From: Spirogloea muscicola
Lineage: Eukaryota
Direction: 5' to 3'
Assembly: GCA_009602725.1 (NCBI GenBank)
Contig: WELB01000014.1
Span: 460,893-513,564 of the forward strand
Length of the DNA stretch: 52,672 nt
A program made the position numbers and the translations under genes. Below the pieces are notes generated by a model. The model did not search any database and was not told where the DNA came from. It was given only the letters and a program-made list of their open reading frames with translations. Shown here piece after piece: positions 43,201 to 52,672 of this stretch; position 1 is the first letter of the stretch, and every line of letters starts with the position of its first letter.

Positions 43201-46200
43201 ATCCTGTACCTAGCACGAATATCTGCCTCGGCATAAGTGCGAACAGTGTTCTCAGGAATGCCAAAAGCCTTGCCCAGCATCTGAAGCACAAGATAGTAAG
43301 TGCTTCTGTGAGTTCTGGGCACATGCACCACCTAGATGATAGCAGATGTCACCCTGGCTTCATCATAGTTTCCAGGGGATTGTTTGACAAACAACTTGAA
43401 CAATATGATATACTACACAGTCAATAGGCAACAGAGCGACTCTGCGTCAAGCACCTCAGTCAAGACCTGCAACTTTGAGCAGTGCTATGTACCTCAGCCC
43501 TGTCTGGGTAGATCTGCAAGGCCGACTCTGTGTAAGACTCTGACAGTCGTCGGGTACGATCCAATGTTGCCTTCAACCTCAGAGCCCACTCTCTGACATC
43601 GGCCTCAGCACCTGCCGGGAGAAAGTCCAGTTGCACAGGGTTGTAAGGGTAGGCAGGGTAGCGTCTGCTGGTATTGACCTCCTTGGTTAAGCAGCTTAGC
43701 AGGCTGATGTGTGACTTTGGTGGATTACGGTGCTGTTGCAAAACAATCAATCATGAAGAGAAGACCCACCATCTTTGCTGGGTGCTACACCAGCCTGTTG
43801 CCAAGCCATGAGCTCGTTCTCGACGGCCACGCACTCGGCTTGCTGCCAGCCCGATAGGCCCAGCTGTCGTACGCCAAGTACTGTCGCACCTAGAGGTGCG
43901 GCAAATCTAGCTGCATTGCTGCCGGCAACATCCTCAGCCAGCCAAGCAGCACCTCCTTCCTCCTCCATGGCATTCAGGAACCTGTGAAATGTCGGCACTA
44001 CTTGCTCTTAAAAATTCATCAAAGTGAGCTACAACCTCTGCACATGGACAGTAAACAACTTGTATTGCAGCTCTGATTCTGTGACAGATGTCAGCAGCTT
44101 TCTTGAAGCACCTGCTAAGGAGCACAAAGGAGTAATCTTCGAGGCCAATCTCAGCCAGGCGCCACTGTCACATTGCAATAGCAGATTGTCAGGAATATAC
44201 ATGTCCAATGAGGACTTTCAACTCGGCACAGCAAGCGCGTAGAACATCATATCTTCAGGGCTTCTATCCATGTGAAGATGCAGTATACCAACGAGGTCAA
44301 CAAGGTCAGTGAGCCAACTGAAGCAAGGGGGCTTGCAGTCAGCCGTCGAGCACTAATGAAGAGACGAGACATGAGGCAATGCTGCCCTAGGTGTACAGTT
44401 GACCACCGCCTGCAAATGAGAAGAGCTGACCTTTTGCCTCATGGCAATAGATTCGTCACTTGCATCATTACGCAGCCCGCTTGCCAAGCCAGAGAGCAGC
44501 GCAGCCCTAAGGCCGGTGAGCGAATGCATACAAGCCAGCAACTTGTCCTTCGCACCGCCTGCTGCCGCACTACCATTGCTGGAGTCAAGCTTCTGCGCAA
44601 AGAAAGATCTGGCGTCCAATCAGACTCTCGCATGGCAGATATTTCCTAAAGGAATGTAGAGCTCATCAACAGCTGGAATAGAAGGACCTAGCAACCTGAT
44701 GATGCACTCCTTTAAGGGGCAACTACAGTCATGAGTGGGGTGCCACCGACCTTCTTGGCTTCAAGGAATTGCTCAAGATCTGCGACTTTATTGTCATCCA
44801 AGGAAGGCCGAATGGCTGCAAGTTGGTCTGTCAAGCTGCGACAATAAGGGAGATGAGAAATCAGCATACGCGAAGGCACACTAGTTGCACAAGTCCAACA
44901 TCCATTGTCCGGCTTGCTCAGCATCTTCCAAATGCCAGCTTGAGTGCAAAGACAGAGCACCCAGGACTTGCAAACCTAGCAGCATTGAAAAAGTCTTGCA
45001 GCTCGCGGTAGAAAGTGCGAAGCTCGTCCAAAAATCCCTGGCTGTACTCGGCTCCTGGTGCAGTCACCCTGTTGAGTAGCTGCTCTGTGGCCACCAGGTC
45101 CTCAGGACCCGCATTCCTGTGCAACTTGTTCTGGATGGTGTGCTTGATCTCTTGCTGCAGACACCGACAGAGGGAGAGGCTGCAATCACCACCTAGCTAC
45201 ACTATAGCACACCGCTCTTCCAAAGGGGCAGATAGCTTTTACGCAGTGGCGTGGAATCCTGAGCATGTCATAGGGTAACATGTGTGAAAACACACAATGC
45301 ACCTCATATGCGACCCAGCATTTCCACCCTCTCCTCCACTAGCTGTGCCATAGGACGTGATGGTAGACAGCAAGATCACAAAAACAGATACCTTGACAAT
45401 GAAGAGGCTAGATCAAACAAGGGAGGGCTTACCTTCAGGTCATGTGGAATATCATTGCGATGGGCAATGTCACGGATGCGAGTAAGAGGGACTGATGCTG
45501 TGAACTCAGCAGTGAAGGCAGGCAGGCGTGGGTGGATCTGGCGCATCACCATCACCTCCTGCACTCCAGTTGGTCAAACTTTTGAGCATGAAGGACGCAT
45601 TATGACTGAGATCCGAAGTCCTCAGAATACATCATCAAGTGGTAGTGGATATGGCTTGGACTGCACCATTTGCACAGCGCTCAAAAGGTGCCACAACAAG
45701 TGGCTGTCATGCACCTGAGGCGGGGTGCTCTTGGCAGCCATCTTCTTCTCCAACTGGCGGAAGATGGTGCGTGCGAGCTCGGCGTGCCGGTTGGGGCGGT
45801 GGTGGCCCCCGTCCTCAACACACTGAATCTGGCCTGTGTTGATCCACTGCATTCGAGGCACCGAGCACAGCCGTGTTAGACAGCCCATTGTCCTGCATGT
45901 GCTTCAGCAAGCCAATGCAGGCAACGGGCGGGTTCTGCAACGTCAAGGTGGACAACCTGCAGGTATATGGCGGTGTTGACGAACGTGTCGAGTTCCTCAG
46001 CAGGCTCCTTGTCACTCTCAGTTACTAGCTTGCTCACAACCTCGAGCTGCACCACAGGCATTACCACAAAGGCGGTATCAATGGCCTCGCTCGGGCCTCA
46101 GTCCCCACGTGTAACTTTGAATTGACCTCAGGTCATTCCTACGAGGACGAGACAGCAAGAGTACCTTCTTGCGCCAGCTCCCGGCGTCCTTGTCGCCCTC

Positions 46201-47056
46201 AACGAGCCTCAGGGCGGCGCCGCCGAGACCCACGGTGTCCCACTGGCCGGAGCGATCGTGCGAGTGGTCGTTGGAGCGCATGAAGCTCGTGCCCTTGCCC
46301 TGCCACCGCTGCCCGAACTCGCTGGCCTCCACGCCAGCATTGCCGTTACTCGGCACCTCCTCCTTGGGCGGCTCCGGCTCCTCACCACCGCCGCCGGCCT
46401 CGGCAGACTCGGCCTCTGCGGAGGCAGCCCTGTTCTGAGCCGCCGGCGCACTGCCGCCGCCGCCGCCGCCCTCCTTCTCGAGGTGCGCATCCTGGCACCC
46501 CCACAAGGGAATGTAGTGTATAGTGAGTGATAGGGGCCTGAGCGGCCAAGTAAGAAGGCAAGCACGTTGACAGATGTCCTTGAACCCTCAACCTCAGCCT
46601 TGGCAACGCTGAGGTTAAGGGTGACCTGCTGTTAAGCTGACGAGCTCAGTAACCACAAGTTAGCGCAGACAGGCCGCTAACCTGGTGCCCCCACAGCGCG
46701 CTGAGGTGGTACTCCCCGCCGTCGCCAGGGACCTCCAGCACGCGGTTGGCGCCGTCCTCCCAGCCGGGCTCGCCCCCGCCGTCGCGCAGGATCAGGAACT
46801 TGAACTCCACGCGCTCGCCCGCGGGCAGCGTCAGGTCCGCCATCCAACCCGCCTCCGTCCACGCCATCTCCACGGGGCTGCCCCACGCTCCCATGGCCGC
46901 CGCCGACCCCGCCACCGCGTGCCGCTCCCCAAACTGCACCTGGTGGTCCAGCCGGATGCGCAGCGTCACGCCGCCATCCGCCGCCGCCGCCGCCGCCGAC
47001 GCCGCCGCCGCTACCGGNGCCGTCGCCGCCGCCGCCGTCGCCGCCGACGCCGCCAT
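40285..47056 (-). CDS. PWD: Phosphoglucan, water dikinase (PWD/GWD3) with N-terminal CBM20
   Basis: CBM20 [30 protein letters not shown]. Further motifs: [50 protein letters not shown] (phospho-His), [33 protein letters not shown]. The n at 47018 interrupts the transit peptide. Confidence 0.96.
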
Positions 47057-47223
47057 GGCGCGCGCGATCTGCGGCGGCGCTGGCGGCTACGGTCTCGGCG
47101 CAACAGTGCTCTCCCAACCGCTGCGCGATGCCACGCGTCCGCTTCTGTGAGCAGGCCTACTTCGCCACGTGGGACCTTTCGGTGACTCCACGTGGAGCCT
47201 AGACCAATGAACTGTTTCCGAGG

Positions 47224-47354
47224 GAGAAGGCGCGCGGGGCGCATGAATTGAAAGGGAGGCCAATTCAAGCCAATACATTGTTCAGGCAGAGTCGAGTGCA
47301 GACTAAACAATGCTACATAACACGGAGACCTAATCTAAGGTACCTAAGATGACA
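47224..47354. repeat. 131-bp dispersed module, copy C, about 170 bp upstream of the PWD start
   Basis: Matches 8034-8164 with 2 substitutions. Confidence 0.92.
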
Positions 47355-48596
47355 AGATGACATCAGAGGGAATGAAAATACGTCCTTGGATTCGAACCCC
47401 GGCCCTCCTCCGGATGCGTAATGGACCGGATTGCCCGTTGAAGAAGAGGCGCTTCCTGGAGCGGAGGTGGGGATTGCCTGTTACATATGAAGGGGCTCTT
47501 CCAGAACCATGCACGAGACTCAGGCGAATGGGATCTTAGTAACCATAGTTGACAGCCGCAAGTCGGAGTGGCTTGCAGGTGGAAAAAGAACAACATTCCG
47601 CCGTGCGTTGTGCAGAGCAGAGAAAGTCACAAGCACTACTTCGCTGTGACTACCTCCGACGCGCCGCAATCGACTTCTTCGGTTGCACGGATCCTTGTTT
47701 CCATGCGCTACTTGAGGATACTGCTGCTCTAGCATACGCCTGCCAACATGACGCCTGCTGAGATGGGCTTGACAGCAGCAGCATATTTGTCGTTCTTGCC
47801 ACGTTGTGTCAGCCTCGTTGCAGCGAGCTCAAGCTCATGCTTATCACCAGAGAGCTGGAACGAGCTTTAGTTGGTGGCTGGAAGGGTTTAAAAGTTGCAG
47901 TCATAACATCTGAGCAGCTACAAGCAACCTTTTCAATAGCTGAGCGGTTACCGTGGTTACTGAGCAGGTCTTCTTTACAGCAGATTATGTACATCTGTGG
48001 ACGTGGTTGCCTCTGTACTTGGCCACTCAAGCCTTCCATCACTTGAGTGCGCGCATTTCCATCTCCCCTGAGCTTTTCGTGCTTGGCCATGGTTGCGCCA
48101 TGGTGCAGCATCGAAGAGCGCCAGGGTACAGCGACCTCAGGCAGCATCGCATGGTGCACCGCCCAGGCAGCATGCCTCTTTCCCTCCACGGCCTGGTGGC
48201 ACGAGTGGGTTGCCATTATGTGCCAATGCCATGCAAACGATGGCGACCAAGTGGCGGGCTGCGGATGCCCTTATGGCGGGCTACAACTGCTGTACCGTGC
48301 CACCACAAATCTGGCAACGACCTGACACCCTGCTCCCGCGTCATACTACCAATCTCAAAGCTTCGGCCCTGAAGCTGGAACAAGCTCGGCTGTGCTTTTT
48401 AATGTGCTACTTGTCTCCTGTCGAAACAGGCAGTTTGACGTGATCAAACCTCTTTCACTGAAACAGCAAGCACTAGGAGCATAGGCGCTAGCGAGGTGGA
48501 TTCAAGAACCTGTCTTGGCGTGAAAAAGCAAGCTGGAGCCTGAGCCTAAGTAAAGTCAGTGGCAGATTGGGGCTGAGCATGTAAGAAGCCGGGCCT

Positions 48597-51500
48597 TCAC
48601 TGGTCTGCATACCACTCCAGGGACTCAGCCTGCGCCTGCCCTTGGCAAACTCTTGAGAATTCCAAAAACATCTCTGCAGAAACGCAGAAGGCAGCAGATG
48701 TTGTACACAAATTCAAAGCATGCTCTTGCAGAAAACAGCACATTAGTACATCATCTTGATTCAAGTTTCAACTCTTACCTTGATAACGGCGCTTGGGGTG
48801 CGGGGGTTGCTTCGTTGCAGCCACTGCCAGCAGTTGCTTCTGCCTGCTAGACAGAACGCCTGCTCCAACAGGAAAGTCTCGGGCCTGCAGAATGTCATAG
48901 CAAGGTCAAGTATCTCCCATTGAAGACACAATACTCATATTTAGGTGCACTGCAAGAAGAATGCACCACAGATACTTAACAATTTACTGGAGCCTCTCTT
49001 TCTCACTGTCTTGGGCCCTACCTCCATGGCAGAAATCATGGTGGCTCGAGTTGCCTCCCTATGTTGCTGACAGAGCACTCGTAAGACGTCCGCCATGGCT
49101 GCAATTACAGCTTCATTGAGTGCTGAGCCTACTGCTACTGCTCTCAGAATCTCCTGCAAAGCAGCAAAGGCCATGATGAGAACATTGATCAAGCTGATGA
49201 GACATGTTGACAGATCACAGCAGTGTACATTTCATAGAGAAGTTTATCCTACTTCACAGAGGCGGGCAAAGCCTGGCCAACAGAGTGCCAGTTGTGCACA
49301 GTATGATCCGCAGTAAGACTCCTGGCTGCAGTCTGAGCAAGCATCTTGCCTTTTCAGCTTACCTGCACAATGGCTTGCGCACAATTCGAAACGGCGTCTT
49401 GTGCGCGTAAGGCAAGGTCCGCTGGGAGCGAGCTTCCTCCAGCGGCCTCACAGATGGCAAGCATGAGATGTGCCGCCGCTTTCGCCACTTCGACTTCATG
49501 CATGCGCAGGCAGCCTGCAAGAGAAGGGCCCAAGTCAAGGACTACACTGCAACAACACAACAGTACTGATGACAATTCCTCAGGGACCATCCATGTTAAG
49601 GACTACACTACAAACGGCTATACTTAAGAACGAGTCTTGGCAGTGCAAATCAGCTGTGGACATGCATTTGAAGTTGCTACTAACAATGTTGCGTGCCCAA
49701 ATTACTAATGTTTCAGCACAAGCTCGTGCAACATCAAGCCTCTGCAGACCAGGCGAACGGGGACTGCATGCTCACCTACTCCACACTGCAGCAACGGGAG
49801 GAACGAAGGAGAAGTCAGGAGGGTGCTGGGGTCCCTTGTCAGCAGCACTTGAGCAAACTTGCAGATTGCTTGGTGCACATCCACAGAGCCTCGATGCCTC
49901 TGTCGTTCCCCCGACGCTAAGCCTGACGGTCCGGCCTCCACAGCTTGCTGCTGCTGCAGTGCCGGAAGCTCGCCTGCTACGGTGGTGAGCGCAACTGCCA
50001 GACTGGCTGCAACTGCTTTTCGAAGTCCGTCCTCCTCAAGCTGCACATGTAAGACCTGCAAAAGCACTTCACCAGTCTGGTGAGCATGCCACTGTAGGAG
50101 CTACGGATGGCCGACGAGCAACAAGAATTGTATGACATTCTAATTCGATCTAGTAGGTGACCCTTGGAAGTAGCTTAGAAACCAGATAAAATCCAGCTGC
50201 AAGCAGCAGAATTTCTAAGTGAGAATTTCACAGTAAGGATGGCGAAGTGCTTATGCACCTCCATACCTCTTGGAGGCATCGGATGCAGTCAGCATGGTGG
50301 TGCTTGACGAACATAATTCGTGCATTTTCGATTACTTGTGGAAGCAGGGGTGCCACATATGCGCCCGCCGCGTGCGCTGCCGCGCCCCAGAGAGTGCAGA
50401 CTGCTGCAGAGACCTCTCTGTCATCAGCTCTTGTGGCAGCTATGTGTTCCGCGAGGAGCCAGGCCTGCCGCAGCAGGACAACCGGCAGCTGCTCGCTCTG
50501 GCCTTCCGCTCCCAGGCTGGGCGGCGACTTCCCACTGGCGGCTACCACCGCAGCGACGAGCCGCCAGGTGCCCGCGAGCTTGCGGTTCCCAGCTCCTTGA
50601 GGTTGTGCCGTCGTGAGCTGCTGGATGATGGCAAAAGCCGGGCTCACGATCCGGAGGAGCGCCGACTTAGCAGCTTCTTCACTAGGCAAGCCGACGGCGA
50701 CTGTCGCCAGAGCCTCTGCAATGGCCACCTGATCCTCCTCCCCGAGGCCCCCTGCCTCGTCGCTGGCCGTCGTACTGCCACCCTCGGTGACGGAAGCCTC
50801 TGCCACTGCCTGCTCGCAGGCTTCTATGAGGCTTGCGACGATGTGCCCAGCCGCCAAATGCCGTGTGGAAGACAGGCACAGTGCCCGCAGGGCCCACGCT
50901 GCCCTGCCTGCGACTGAGGAAAAGACACGATCAATCCATTAGTCCCTGAATGACCGTAAGTCAAAGATTTGAATTATACACCAGACTCTGGCTTATGCCT
51001 CGAGTAGTCCGCAATGCAGGCAAACCAGAGTTTGCAGGTTACAGATTTTAATAACCTTGACTTGGTTACCTGGTCTCACACAAAGCGCGCTCATGACATA
51101 CTTGAGGCCTGCCTCCAACGCTGCAACATTTTCTGCGGCGAAGGGCGCAAACTTCTCCATGAACTGCAACGTAGTTGCAACCAGCATGTGATGGGGAGAA
51201 GCAGCAGCATCTGCAAAAACAAGGCCTGAACTCTCAGAGGTGACGATCATACGTAAACTTTGCAGTGGTCAGTGCCTCAAGACTGACTCTCGATGCAGAG
51301 GTACACAGATCTCCTGCTAGCAATATCTCCGCAGGTGTAACCGGAGCCGCCGGTGCCCAGAAACTTCCATCATCTGCATTGCAACTGGAGATTCATACCT
51401 CTGGCTGCGAGAGCGGCAGCTCCAGGCAGCCCCGCGAAGACCATCGCCAGGCATGGTCTGACTTCCACGGCCTCTCCTCCGCGCTCAAGCTCAAGAGCCT

Positions 51501-52337
51501 CCGAGCTGGCGGCGGCCATGGCGAAGAGGGCAACCTCCGCCTGCTGCCAGCTCGCAGGGCTGGCCAGCAGCGTGCCCAAGAAGGTCACGTACACTACGCC
51601 CAGCTCGCGGCAAAGGACGGCGAGCGTGTCTGCTGCAGAGGCCTCCCGAAACCTGGCTCAATAAGAGAAATTAGTCGTGCTGATCTACCAGACTGGTACA
51701 CATTATGGTAGCAGCGCTGCATTATGGCAAACATTTTCACCATAAATTACTGGCATTTTGAGAGGTCATCTGTTAAACGACGCACCTTAAGAACACGTCC
51801 TGGTCAAGCTCCGACTCCTCCCAGCTGGTGAAGCCTGGGGGCAGACTGGCAGACAGCAGCACCGCCTGCCTGATGGGTGCAGGACAACAGCACCAAACAC
51901 CCCGTGAGAAAGAACTTCTGTGAAGCCACTTGTGCACTTGGCAATCGAGTAATTGGAGAATGTGATGTGATCTATGACAAGAAATGCTTTCATTACTGAC
52001 AAAAATTGTCAAGAAAAGCGAATGTACATTCACGAGTAGCTGTCCTCGGTGGTCACCTGCAGCACTTGGAGCAGCAGGCGCGGGTCGCGGAAGGCCTCGG
52101 CGCGGCTCGCGGCGGGCACTGACAGCAGCCTGGGCCAGGCCTCTGCGGCGGCGCCGGCACTCTCGGGCCCGCTGGCGGTGGCCGAGGCGAGCCAGTCGAG
52201 CAGCGCCATCTCGGCAGCGCCTCCCTTGCGCATGATGAAGCCCGCCTCCGCGCCGGCCACTGTCGCCACGAGCAGGGCCAGCCCATGCCCTCGGCGCTCG
52301 GACATGGCTGTCACTGCCACCCTCTGAGACAGGATGC
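48597..52337 (-). CDS. Importin-beta family karyopherin, importin-13/transportin-SR-like; 5'-partial
   Basis: HEAT-like helical exons: WEESELDQDVFLRFREAS, SWQQAEVALFAM, EVSAAVCTLW..YVAPLLPQV. The C-terminus PKRRYQEMFLEFSRVCQG..WYADQ* (TGA at 48597-48599) resembles the importin-13 end. N-terminal exons are not in the window. Confidence 0.7.
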
Positions 52338-52554
52338 CTGCAAACCACGAGAAGCAACGGCCCATGAGCGTGCATTGCACTTGTGGTCTTGGATCTCAGA
52401 CCTGATGGGCACTTTACTCAACATGCTTGACTTATGATACTGGCCAGCAGGAGCAGGCTGCACGAGTACGGCCCCATCTGATTTTGAAAGAGAGGTTGAG
52501 ACGGAGGCAACGACGAGGAGGGAGGGGAACGGTCTCGATAAGAGGCGGATAAAG

Positions 52555-52608
52555 AAGAATAGAGAGGGAGAGGGAGAGGGGAGAGGGAGAGGGGAATAGA
52601 GAGAGAGA

Positions 52609-52672
<64 letters not shown>
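52555..52672. repeat. (GA)n microsatellite running to the window end
   Basis: A purine-rich tract followed by pure GA repeats. Confidence 0.97.

Noticed and set aside
47375..47450. tRNA/SINE-like B-box (GGTTCGAATCC on the minus strand) followed by TTTT
   Set aside because: The T-stem does not pair beyond two bases, and no acceptor stem or clear A-box is present.

Overview
This is eukaryotic nuclear DNA from a green plant lineage. A streptophyte alga is most likely; this is inferred from plant-type genes (PWD, DEG5, AZG1, a nepenthesin-like protease), very GC-rich first exons and many short introns. Nine spliced protein-coding genes can be reconstructed: BRE/BRCC45 (+), a tail-anchored ALDH3 (-), an At2g21960-like HEXXH plastid protein (-) head-to-head with DEG5 (+) across an N gap, a clade-3 catalase with an apparent plastid transit peptide (-), AZG1-type purine permease (-), a secreted A1 aspartic protease fused to an extensin-like repeat with a probable His/Gly/Pro heptad tail (+), phosphoglucan water dikinase (-), and a 5'-partial importin-13-like gene (-). 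Intergenic DNA, mostly upstream of genes, carries many fragments of one non-LTR retroelement family, probably CRE-like: a decayed RT plus repeated ORF ends (..LL[T/S]R[G/S]Y*) with 3' UTRs containing a GGGCTGG-N5-CCAGCCC stem-loop. There is also a 131-bp module in three copies, a candidate LTR, and a perfect 97-bp fold-back hairpin joined to an AT-rich decayed gene. The most interesting leads are the plastid-targeted clade-3 catalase, the protease-extensin-His tail with CEP-like motifs, and the hairpin. All calls come from manual reading and remembered family motifs; no database searches were run.
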